Positions 28,401-39,794 of a DNA stretch of 64,000 nucleotides are shown here, piece by piece (position 1 is the stretch's first letter; every line of letters begins with the position of its first letter). The notes beneath the pieces were generated by a model. It searched no databases, was not told the origin of the DNA, and worked only from the letters and a program-made list of their open reading frames with translations. Origin of the DNA: Auanema rhodensis (lineage: Eukaryota; Animalia; Nematoda); the NCBI GenBank assembly GCA_964057225.1, contig OZ059895.1, positions 4,960,001-5,024,000 of the forward strand. Reading direction: 5' to 3'. The position numbers were made by a program, and so were the translations under genes.

Positions 28401-31400
28401 TTCAAGATAATTTAGCAAAAAGTAGATGTTTTTAGATTCTTTTTTTCAAGGCAAAGACGATGGACAATGTTATTCAACGAAAAAATTAATTCTTCAGGGT
28501 GAAAATCGAGGATATAAGTGTGAACTTATATCAGTTGATATCTCGGTGCATTTTCAAGCTAGCGCAAATCTGATAACACAGATCGACGCAGCTTAAAAAT
28601 CCGCATCGAATGCACTATACTACATTGAGAAACGCTTAATACAAAACTTAGTTATGATCGTTTGAAAAATGATGCATTAGTGTATGTTGAGTTTCCATGT
28701 ACACTCAACATTGCTTCCAAAAACATTTTGACAAAAATTTTTTCGAAAAATTTCAAAATAATTTCACATTTTTAGATTTCTTTTTTTAAGGCGAAGACGA
28801 TGGACAATGTTATTTAACGAAAAAATTAATTCTTCAGGGTGAAAATCGAGGATATAAGTGTGAACTTATATCAGTTGATATCTCGGTGCATTTTCAAGCT
28901 TGCGCAAATCTGATAACACAGATCGACGCAGCTTAAAAATCCGCATCGAATGCACTATACTTCTTTGAGAAACGCTTAATACAAAAATTAGTTATGATCG
29001 TTTGAAAAATGATGCATTAGTGTATGTTGAGTTTCCATGTACACTCAACATTGCTTCCAAAAACATTTTGACAAAAATTTTTTCGAAAAATTTCAAAATA
29101 ATTTAGCAAAAAGTAGATGTTTTTAGATTCTTTTTTTCAAGGCAAAGACGATGGACAATGTTATTCAACGAAAAAATTAATTCTTCAGGGTGAAAATCGA
29201 GGATATAAGTGTGAACTTATATCAGTTGATATCTCGGTGCATTTTCAAGCTAGCGCAAATCTGATAACACAGATCGACGCAGCTTAAAAATCCGCATCGA
29301 ATGCACTATACTTCATTGAGAAACGCTTAATACAAAAATTAGTTATGATCGTTTGAAAAATGATGCATTAGTGTATGTTGAGTTTCCATGTACACTCAAC
29401 ATTGCTTCCAAAAACATTTTGACAAAAATTTTTTCGAAAAATTTCAAAATAATTTAGCAAAAAGTAGATGTTTTTAGATTCTTTTTTTCAAGGCAAAGAC
29501 GATGGACAATGTTATTCAACGAAAAAATTAATTCTTCAGGGTGAAAATCGAGGATATAAGTGTGAACTTATATCAGTTGATATCTCGGTGCATTTTCAAG
29601 CTTGCGCAAATCTGATAACACAGATCGACGCAGCTTAAAAATCCGCATCGAATGCACTATACTTCATTGAGAAACGCTTAATACAAAAATTAGTTATGAT
29701 CGTTTGAAAAATGATGCATTAGTGTATGTTGAGTTTCCATGTACACTCAACATTGCTTCCAAAAACATTTTGACAAAAATTTTTTCGAAAAATTTCAAAA
29801 TAATTTAGCAAAAAGTAGATGTTTTTAGATTCTTTTTTTCAAGGCAAAGACGATGGACAATGTTATTCAACGAAAAAATTAATTCTTCAGGGTGAAAATC
29901 GAGGATATAAGTGTGAACTTATATCAGTTGATATCTCGGTGCATTTTCAAGCTAGCGCAAATCTGATAACACAGATCGACGCAGCTTAAAAATCCGGATC
30001 GAATGCACTATACTTCTTTGAGAAACGCTTAATACAAAAATTAGTTATGATCGTTTGAAAAATGATGCATTAGTGTATGTTGAGTTTCCATGTACACTCA
30101 ACATTGCTTCCAAAAACATTTTGACAAAAATTTTTTCGAAAAATTTCAAAATAATTTAGCAAAAAGTAGATGTTTTTAGATTCCTTTTTTTAAGGCAAAG
30201 ATGATGGACAATGTTATTCAACAAAAAAATTAATTCTTCAGGGTGAAAATCGAGGATATAAGTGTGAACTTATATCAGTAGATATCTCGGTGCATTTTTA
30301 AGCCAGCGCAAATCTGATAACACAGATCGACGCAGCTTAAAAATCCGCATCGAATGCACTATACTACATTGAGAAACGCTTAATACAAAAATTAGTTATG
30401 ATCGTTTGAAAAATGATGCATTAGTGTATGTTGAGTTTCCATGTACACTCAACATTGCTTCCAAAAACATTTTGACAAAAATTTTTTCGAAAAATTTCAA
30501 GATAATTTAGCAAAAAGTAGATGTTTTTAGATTCTTTTTTTCAAGGCAAAGACGATGGACAATGTTATAAAACGAAAAAATTAATTCTTCAGGGTGAAAA
30601 TCGAGGATATAAGTGTGAACTTATATCAGTTGATATCTCGGTGCATTTTTAAGCCAGCGCAAATCTGATAACACAGATCGACGCAGCTTAAAAATCCGCA
30701 TCGAATGCACTATACTACATTGAAAAACGCTTGATACAATAATTAGTTATGATCGTTTGAAAAATAATGCATTAGTGTATGTTGAGTTTCCATGTACACT
30801 CAACATTGCTTCCAAAAACATTTTGACAAAAATTTTTTCGAAAAATTTCAAGATAATTTAGCAAAAAGTAGATGTTTTTAGATTCTTTTTTTCAAGGCAA
30901 AGACGATGGACAATGTTATTCAACGAAAAAATTAATTCTTCAGGGTGAAAATCGAGGATATAAGTGTGAACTTATATCAGTTGATATCTCGGTGCATTTT
31001 CAAGCTTGCGCAAATCTGATAACACAGATCGACGCAGCTTAAAAATCCGCATCGAATGCACTATACTTCTTTGAGAAACGCTTAATACAAAACTTAGTTA
31101 TGATCGTTTGAAAAATGATGCATTAGTGTATGTTGAGTTTCCATGTACACTCAACATTGCTTCCAAAAACATTTTGACAAAAATTTTTTCGAAAAATTTC
31201 AAAATAATTTCACATTTTTAGATTTCTTTTTTTGAGGCGAAGACGATGGACAATGTTATTTAACGAAAAAATTAATTCTTCAGGGTGAAAATCGAGGATA
31301 TAAGTGTGAACTTATATCAGTTGATATCTCGGTGCATTTTCAAGCTTGCGCAAATCTGATAACACAGATCGACGCAGCTTAAAAATCCGCATCGAATGCA

Positions 31401-32429
31401 CTATACTTCTTTGAGAAACGCTTAATACAAAACTTAGTTATGATCGTTTGAAAAATGATGCATTAGTGTATGTTGAGTTTCCATGTACACTCAACATTGC
31501 TTCCAAAAACATTTTGACAAAAATTTTTTCGAAAAATTTCAAGATAATTTAGCAAAAAGTAGATGTTTTTAGATTCTTTTTTTCAAGGCAAAGACGATGG
31601 ACAATGTTATTCAACGAAAAAATTAATTCTTCAGGGTGAAAATCGAGGATATAAGTGTGAACTTATATCAGTTGATATCTCGGTGCATTTTCAAGCTAGC
31701 GCAAATCTGATAACACAGATCGACGCAGCTTAAAAATCCGCATCGAATGCACTATACTTCATTGAGAAACGCTTAATACAAAAATTAGTTATGATCGTTT
31801 GAAAAATGATGCATTAGTGTATGTTGAGTTTCCATGTACACTCAACATTGCTTCCAAAAACATTTTGACAAAAATTTTTTCGAAAAATTTCAAAATAATT
31901 TAGCAAAAAGTAGATGTTTTTAGATTCATTTTTTTAAGGCAAAGACGATGGACAATGTTATTCAACGAAAAAATTAATTCTTCAGGGTGAAAATCGAGGA
32001 TATAAGTGTGAACTTATATCAGTTGATATCTCGGTGCATTTTCAAGCTTGCGCAAATCTGATAACACAGATCGACGCAGCTTAAAAATCCGCATCGAATG
32101 CACTATACTTCATTGAGAAACGCTTAATACAAAAATTAGTTATGATCGTTTGAAAAATGATGCATTAGTGTATGTTGAGTTTCCATGTACACTCAACATT
32201 GCTTCCAAAAACATTTTGACAAAAATTTTTTCGAAAAATTTCAAGATAATTTAGCAAAAAGTAGATGTTTTTAGATTCTTTTTTTCAAGGCAAAGACGAT
32301 GGACAATGTTATTCAACGAAAAAATTAATTCTTCAGGGTGAAAATCGAGGATATAAGTGTGAACTTATATCAGTTGATATCTCGGTGCATTTTCAAGCTT
32401 GCGCAAATCTGATAACACAGATCGACGCA

Positions 32430-32862
32430 ACATACACTAATGCATCATTTTTCAAACGATCATAACTAATTTTTGTATTAAGCGTTTCTCAAAGAAGTAT
32501 AGTGCATTCGATGCGGATTTTTAAGCTGCGTCGATCTGTGTTATCAGATGTGCGCTAGCTTGAAAATGCACCGAGATATCAACTGATATAAGTTCACACT
32601 TATATCCTCGATTTTCACCCTGAAGAATTAATTTTTTCGTCTTCACTGATGGCTTGACTGAGCTATCCACGTGGGTGGTGTATTTCTCATCCAGGCATGG
32701 TAGATGGGCGAATGGAGAATCGAGTATTGGGAGCTCAGATAAGATGTCGGCTCTTTCAGTGTGCGTCATGGAGCAACCGGAGGCAAGACGCTCGAAGTCG
32801 GCAAGTTCGGAACCGGAGAGGCGGACTACAGGCCTGGTTCTAGGTCCTTGAGATTCTGGTTT
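32430..32862. repeat. Composite insertion copy 8
   Basis: Same junctions and sequence as copy 1. Confidence 0.95.
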
Positions 32863-34253
32863 CATCGAATGCACTATACTACATTGAGAAACGCTTAATA
32901 CAAAAATTAGTTATGATCGTTTGAAAAATGATGCATTAGTGTATGTTGAGTTTCCATGTACACTCAACATTGCTTCCAAAAACATTTTGACAAAAATTTT
33001 TTCGAAAAATTTCAAAATAATTTAGCAAAAAGTAGATGTTTTTAGATTCCTTTTTTTAAGGCAAAGATGATGGACAATGTTATTCAACAAAAAAATTAAT
33101 TCTTCAGGGTGAAAATCGAGGATATAAGTGTGAACTTATATCAGTAGATATCTCGGTGCATTTTTAAGCCAGCGCAAATCTGATAACACAGATCGACGCA
33201 GCTTAAAAATCCGCATCGAATGCACTATACTACATTGAGAAACGCTTAATACAAAAATTAGTTATGATCGTTTGAAAAATGATGCATTAGTGTATGTTGA
33301 GTTTCCATGTACACTCAACATTGCTTCCAAAAACATTTTGACAAAAATTTTTTCGAAAAATTTCAAAATAATTTAGCAAAAAGTAGATGTTTTTAGATTC
33401 TTTTTTTTAAGGCAAAAATGATGGACAATGTTATAAAACGAAAAAATTAATTCTTCAGGGTGAAAATCGAGGATATAAGTGTGAACTTATATCAGTTGAT
33501 ATCTCGGTGCATTTTTAAGCCAGCGCAAATCTGATAACACAGATCGACGCAGCTTAAAAATCCGCATCGAATGCACTATACTACATTGAAAAACGCTTGA
33601 TACAATAATTAGTTATGATCGTTTGAAAAATAATGCATTAGTGTATGTTGAGTTTCCATGTACACTCAACATTGCTTCCAAAAACATTTTGACAAAAATT
33701 TTTTCGAAAAATTTCAAGATAATTTAGCAAAAAGTAGATGTTTTTAGATTCTTTTTTTCAAGGCAAAGACGATGGACAATGTTATTCAACGAAAAAATTA
33801 ATTCTTCAGGGTGAAAATCGAGGATATAAGTGTGAACTTATATCAGTTGATATCTCGGTGCATTTTCAAGCTTGCGCAAATCTGATAACACAGATCGACG
33901 CAGCTTAAAAATCCGCATCGAATGCACTATACTTCATTGAGAAACGCTTAATACAAAAATTAGTTATGATCGTTTGAAAAATGATGCATTAGTGTATGTT
34001 GAGTTTCCATGTACACTCAACATTGCTTCCAAAAACATTTTGACAAAAATTTTTTCGAAAAATTTCAAGATAATTTAGCAAAAAGTAGATGTTTTTAGAT
34101 TCTTTTTTTCAAGGCAAAGACGATGGACAATGTTATTCAACGAAAAAATTAATTCTTCAGGGTGAAAATCGAGGATATAAGTGTGAACTTATATCAGTTG
34201 ATATCTCGGTGCATTTTCAAGCTTGCGCAAATCTGATAACACAGATCGACGCA

Positions 34254-34686
34254 ACATACACTAATGCATCATTTTTCAAACGATCATAACTAATTTTTGT
34301 ATTAAGCGTTTCTCAAAGAAGTATAGTGCATTCGATGCGGATTTTTAAGCTGCGTCGATCTGTGTTATCAGATGTGCGCTAGCTTGAAAATGCACCGAGA
34401 TATCAACTGATATAAGTTCACACTTATATCCTCGATTTTCACCCTGAAGAATTAATTTTTTCGTCTTCACTGATGGCTTGACTGAGCTATCCACGTGGGT
34501 GGTGTATTTCTCATCCAGGCATGGTAGATGGGCGAATGGAGAATCGAGTATTGGGAGCTCAGATAAGATGTCGGCTCTTTCAGTGTGCGTCATGGAGCAA
34601 CCGGAGGCAAGACGCTCGAAGTCGGCAAGTTCGGAACCGGAGAGGCGGACTACAGGCCTGGTTCTAGGTCCTTGAGATTCTGGTTT
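34254..34686. repeat. Composite insertion copy 9
   Basis: Offset 1824. Confidence 0.95.
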
Positions 34687-36077
34687 CATCGAATGCACTA
34701 TACTACATTGAGAAACGCTTAATACAAAAATTAGTTATGATCGTTTGAAAAATGATGCATTAGTGTATGTTGAGTTTCCATGTACACTCAACATTGCTTC
34801 CAAAAACATTTTGACAAAAATTTTTTCGAAAAATTTCAAAATAATTTAGCAAAAAGTAGATGTTTTTAGATTCCTTTTTTTAAGGCAAAGATGATGGACA
34901 ATGTTATTCAACAAAAAAATTAATTCTTCAGGGTGAAAATCGAGGATATAAGTGTGAACTTATATCAGTAGATATCTCGGTGCATTTTTAAGCCAGCGCA
35001 AATCTGATAACACAGATCGACGCAGCTTAAAAATCCGCATCGAATGCACTATACTACATTGAGAAACGCTTAATACAAAAATTAGTTATGATCGTTTGAA
35101 AAATGATGCATTAGTGTATGTTGAGTTTCCATGTACACTCAACATTGCTTCCAAAAACATTTTGACAAAAATTTTTTCGAAAAATTTCAAAATAATTTAG
35201 CAAAAAGTAGATGTTTTTAGATTCTTTTTTTTAAGGCAAAAATGATGGACAATGTTATAAAACGAAAAAATTAATTCTTCAGGGTGAAAATCGAGGATAT
35301 AAGTGTGAACTTATATCAGTTGATATCTCGGTGCATTTTTAAGCCAGCGCAAATCTGATAACACAGATCGACGCAGCTTAAAAATCCGCATCGAATGCAC
35401 TATACTACATTGAAAAACGCTTGATACAATAATTAGTTATGATCGTTTGAAAAATAATGCATTAGTGTATGTTGAGTTTCCATGTACACTCAACATTGCT
35501 TCCAAAAACATTTTGACAAAAATTTTTTCGAAAAATTTCAAGATAATTTAGCAAAAAGTAGATGTTTTTAGATTCTTTTTTTCAAGGCAAAGACGATGGA
35601 CAATGTTATTCAACGAAAAAATTAATTCTTCAGGGTGAAAATCGAGGATATAAGTGTGAACTTATATCAGTTGATATCTCGGTGCATTTTCAAGCTTGCG
35701 CAAATCTGATAACACAGATCGACGCAGCTTAAAAATCCGCATCGAATGCACTATACTTCATTGAGAAACGCTTAATACAAAAATTAGTTATGATCGTTTG
35801 AAAAATGATGCATTAGTGTATGTTGAGTTTCCATGTACACTCAACATTGCTTCCAAAAACATTTTGACAAAAATTTTTTCGAAAAATTTCAAGATAATTT
35901 AGCAAAAAGTAGATGTTTTTAGATTCTTTTTTTCAAGGCAAAGACGATGGACAATGTTATTCAACGAAAAAATTAATTCTTCAGGGTGAAAATCGAGGAT
36001 ATAAGTGTGAACTTATATCAGTTGATATCTCGGTGCATTTTCAAGCTTGCGCAAATCTGATAACACAGATCGACGCA

Positions 36078-36510
36078 ACATACACTAATGCATCATTTTT
36101 CAAACGATCATAACTAATTTTTGTATTAAGCGTTTCTCAAAGAAGTATAGTGCATTCGATGCGGATTTTTAAGCTGCGTCGATCTGTGTTATCAGATGTG
36201 CGCTAGCTTGAAAATGCACCGAGATATCAACTGATATAAGTTCACACTTATATCCTCGATTTTCACCCTGAAGAATTAATTTTTTCGTCTTCACTGATGG
36301 CTTGACTGAGCTATCCACGTGGGTGGTGTATTTCTCATCCAGGCATGGTAGATGGGCGAATGGAGAATCGAGTATTGGGAGCTCAGATAAGATGTCGGCT
36401 CTTTCAGTGTGCGTCATGGAGCAACCGGAGGCAAGACGCTCGAAGTCGGCAAGTTCGGAACCGGAGAGGCGGACTACAGGCCTGGTTCTAGGTCCTTGAG
36501 ATTCTGGTTT
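36078..36510. repeat. Composite insertion copy 10
   Basis: Offset 1824. Confidence 0.95.
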
Positions 36511-38672
36511 CATCGAATGCACTATACTACATTGAGAAACGCTTAATACAAAAATTAGTTATGATCGTTTGAAAAATGATGCATTAGTGTATGTTGAGTT
36601 TCCATGTACACTCAACATTGCTTCCAAAAACATTTTGACAAAAATTTTTTCGAAAAATTTCAAAATAATTTAGCAAAAAGTAGATGTTTTTAGATTCCTT
36701 TTTTTAAGGCAAAGATGATGGACAATGTTATTCAACAAAAAAATTAATTCTTCAGGGTGAAAATCGAGGATATAAGTGTGAACTTATATCAGTAGATATC
36801 TCGGTGCATTTTTAAGCCAGCGCAAATCTGATAACACAGATCGACGCAGCTTAAAAATCCGCATCGAATGCACTATACTACATTGAGAAACGCTTGATAC
36901 AATAATTAGTTATGATCGTTTGAAAAATGATGCATTAGTGTATGTTGAGTTTCCATGTACACTCAACATTGCTTCCAAAAACATTTTGACAAAAATTTTT
37001 TCGAAAAATTTCAAAATAATTTAGCAAAAAGTAGATGTTTTTAGATTCTTTTTTTTAAGGCAAAAATGATGGACAATGTTATAAAACGAAAAAATTAATT
37101 CTTCAGGGTGAAAATCGAGGATATAAGTGTGAACTTATATCAGTTGATATCTCGGTGCATTTTTAAGCCAGCGCAAATCTGATAACACAGATCGACGCAG
37201 CTTAAAAATCCGCATCGAATGCACTATACTACATTGAGAAACGCTTGATACAATAATTAGTTATGATCGTTTGAAAAATAATGCATTAGTGTATGTTGAG
37301 TTTCCATGTACACTCAACATTGCTTCCAAAAACATTTTGACAAAAATTTTTTCGGAAAATTTCAAGATAATTTAGCAAAAAGTAGATGTTTTTAGATTCC
37401 TTTTTTCAAGGCAAAGATGATGGACAATGTTATTCAACGAAAAAATTAATTCTTCAGGGTGAAAATCGAGGATATAAGTGTGAACTTATATCAGTTGATA
37501 TCTCGGTGCATTTTCAAGCTTGCGCAAATCTGATAACACAGATCGACGCAGCTTAAAAATCCGCATCGAATGCACTATACTTCTTTAAGAAACGCTTAAT
37601 ACAAAACTTAGTTATGATCGTTTGAAAAATGATGCATTAGTGTATGTTGAGTTTCCATGTACACTCAACATTGCTTCCAAAAACATTTTGACAAAAATTT
37701 TTTCGAAAAATTTCAAGATAATTTAGCAAAAAGTAGATGTTTTTAGATTCTTTTTTTCAAGGCAAAGACGATGGACAATGTTATTCAACGAAAAAATTAA
37801 TTCTTCAGGGTGAAAATCGAGGATATAAGTGTGAACTTATATCAGTTGATATCTCGGTGCATTTTCAAGCTAGCGCAAATCTGATAACACAGATCGACGC
37901 AGCTTAAAAATCCGCATCGAATGCACTATACTTCTTTGAGAAACGCTTAATACAAAAATTAGTTATGATCGTTTGAAAAATGATGCATTAGTGTATGTTG
38001 AGTTTCCATGTACACTCAACATTGCTTCCAAAAACATTTTGACAAAAATTTTTTCGAAAAATTTCAAAATAATTTAGCAAAAAGTAGATGTTTTTAGATT
38101 CCTTTTTTTAAGACAAAGACGATGGACAATGTTATTCAACGAAAAAATTAATTCTTCAGGGTGAAAATCGAGGATATAAGTGTGAACTTATATCAGTTGA
38201 TATCTCGGTGCATTTTCAAGCTAGCGCAAATCTGATAACACAGATCGACGCAGCTTAAAAATCCGCATCGAATGCACTATACTTCTTTGAGAAACGCTTA
38301 ATACAAAAATTAGTTATGATCGTTTGAAAAATGATGCATTAGTGTATGTTGAGTTTCCATGTACACTCAACATTGCTTCCAAAAACATTTTGACAAAAAT
38401 TTTTTCGAAAAATTTCAAAATAATTTCACATTTTTAGATTTCTTTTTTTAAGGCGAAGACGATGGACAATGTTATTTAACGAAAAAATTAATTCTTCAGG
38501 GTGAAAATCGAGGATATAAGTGTGAACTTATATCAGTTGATATCTCGGTGCATTTTCAAGCTAGCGCAAATCTGATAACACAGATCGACGCAGCTTAAAA
38601 ATCGGCATCGAATGCACTATACTACATTGAGAAACGCTTAATACAAAAATTAGTTATGATCGTTTGAAAAAT

Positions 38673-38837
38673 ACTGATATATGTTCACACTTATATCCTC
38701 GATTTTCACCCTGAAGAATTAATTTTTTCGTTGAATAACATTGTCCATCGTATTCGCCTTGAAAAAAGGAATTTAAAAACATCTACTTTTTGTGAAATTG
38801 TTTTGAAATTTTTCGGGAAAATTTTTGTCAAAATGTT
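38673..38837 (-). repeat. Inverted, more diverged partial satellite monomer terminating the array
   Basis: ACTGATATATGTTCACAC...TTTTTGTCAAAATGTT is the reverse complement of the monomer segment AACATTTTGACAAA...GTGTGAAC(A)TATATCAGT, with extra substitutions. Confidence 0.92.
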
Positions 38838-38847
38838 CGCTACAATT

Positions 38848-38876
38848 TTTTTGCTTAGGCTCAGCCTATGCAAAAA
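38848..38876. other. 29-bp palindrome containing the telomere repeat; candidate DNA-elimination (SFE-like) motif, copy 1
   Basis: TTTTTGCTTAGGC-TCA-GCCTATGCAAAAA. The palindrome is seen directly; the function is inferred. Confidence 0.6.
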
Positions 38877-39343
38877 CGAAAACACTGTAAGTAATGAACT
38901 CATCAAATAATATTACAAATTTTTAAAATATGTAACTCTCTACATATACTCTTATAAAGAGAGATGAACAACTAACTATTTCAAACAGGACTATATATAG
39001 AGAGATGAACAACTTTTTTGATACTATATAACTATTTGCTCAAATTCGGAAAGCTCGATCTCAGTCGGAAACAAGGCCTGTAAGAAATTGGAGAATATGA
39101 AGAATGAAGAAGAATTTTTAACTTAGATCTACATTGCGTTGTTATTAATCTTAAGAAAATCGAAGAATCGAACATTGCATAAATCCCTTGTTTTTGACTG
39201 AGATCGAGCTTTCCGAATTTGAGCAAATAGTTATATAGTATCAAAAAATTGCTCATCTATCTTTATAAGAGTATATGTAGAGAGTTACATATTTTAAAAA
39301 TTTGTAATATTATTTGATGAGTTCATTACTTACAGTGTTTTCG

Positions 39344-39372
39344 TTTTTGCATAGGCTGAGCCTAAGCAAAAA
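39344..39372. other. 29-bp palindrome, candidate SFE-like motif, copy 2 (inverted)
   Basis: TTTTTGCATAGGC-TGA-GCCTAAGCAAAAA, with a perfect GCCTAA on the gene-rich side. Confidence 0.62.
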
Positions 39373-39506
39373 AATTGTAGCGAAGACTGAATTTAAATAT
39401 TTATGAACTTTGCACATATTTACAATACGTTAAATCTTCATTGTTTCATTGAATAGATCTTCATAACATACGACATCAAGAAGTTTTCCATTTCAGTTTT
39501 ATAAAA

Positions 39507-39794
39507 TCAATGTTTTGTGTTATTGAGGGTAATTTTCTCACTTTGGTAAGAAATAGTTCCAAATGTTGTGAGTGTTGATACGATTAACACAATAAATAGT
39601 AAAATTATAATGATACTGTAGACTAATTTACAAGAAAATTGTGATCGAATTGGTTCCGTAGGTGGAACACTGCCGATAGTTAATACTTCTAAATTTACTG
39701 AAGTACTTTCGGGTTGCGTTAAATTTGATACAGCCTTGTGATTATTACAGTTCGAGTCAGCTGTCTTCGAAGTGCTTAAAGTATTAACAATCAT
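39507..39794 (-). CDS. Hypothetical 95-aa protein with one C-terminal transmembrane segment
   Basis: S/T/N-rich N-terminus followed by LVYSIIIILLFIVLIVSTL. A TTTTCAG acceptor lies ~57 nt upstream of the ATG (~39852-39858). No recognised family. Confidence 0.4.
   Translation of the reverse strand: MIVNTLSTSKTADSNCNNHKAVSNLTQPESTSVNLEVLTIGSVPPTEPIRSQFSCKLVYSIIIILLFIVLIVSTLTTFGTISYQSEKITLNNTKH

Larger units (their letters stand above)
1..38672 (+). repeat. Tandem satellite array, 351-bp monomer (~98 monomers, runs off the left edge of the window)
   Basis: GCAAATCTGATAACACAGATCGACGCAG recurs at 1, 352, 703 and onward. Monomers differ by only a few substitutions. The forward array stops at ...CGTTTGAAAAAT (38672). 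Count = (38672 - 10x420 + 3x11)/351. Confidence 0.99.
38836..39384. repeat. ~550-bp fold-back / long inverted repeat (MITE-like or inverted duplication)
   Basis: The left arm TTCGCTACAATTTTTTTGCTTAGGC...GCTCGATCTCAGTC (38836-~39076) is the reverse complement of the right arm (~39186-39384, ending AAAATTGTAGCGAA). There is a ~110-bp spacer. The left arm has an extra ~40-bp internal duplication (AGAGATGAACAACT twice). No target-site duplication is evident. Confidence 0.9.

Noticed and set aside
7750-36510. CRISPR-like repeat/spacer array
   Set aside because: The context is eukaryotic, the interspersed fragments are all the same sequence, the repeats are 351 bp, and there are no cas genes.
7841-36522. 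Repeated 117-aa, 65-aa and 66-aa ORFs as a tandem gene family
   Set aside because: They are chimeras of satellite, inverted satellite and the captured fragment. The 117-aa and 66-aa ORFs take their starts and stops from satellite sequence at the junctions, and the 65-aa ORF starts at a TTG antisense to the longer frame.
1-38672. Array of 5S rRNA, SL1, tRNA, snRNA or histone genes
   Set aside because: I saw no SL1 leader, 5S or tRNA sequence, clear Pol III A/B boxes or coding frame in the monomer.
38855-38860. Interstitial telomere tract
   Set aside because: There is only a single TTAGGC unit per palindrome, not an array, so it is treated as part of the motif instead.
38706-39256. ORFs 38706-38906 and 39032-39256
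   Set aside because: They lie in inverted satellite and the fold-back arms and have no protein-like features.
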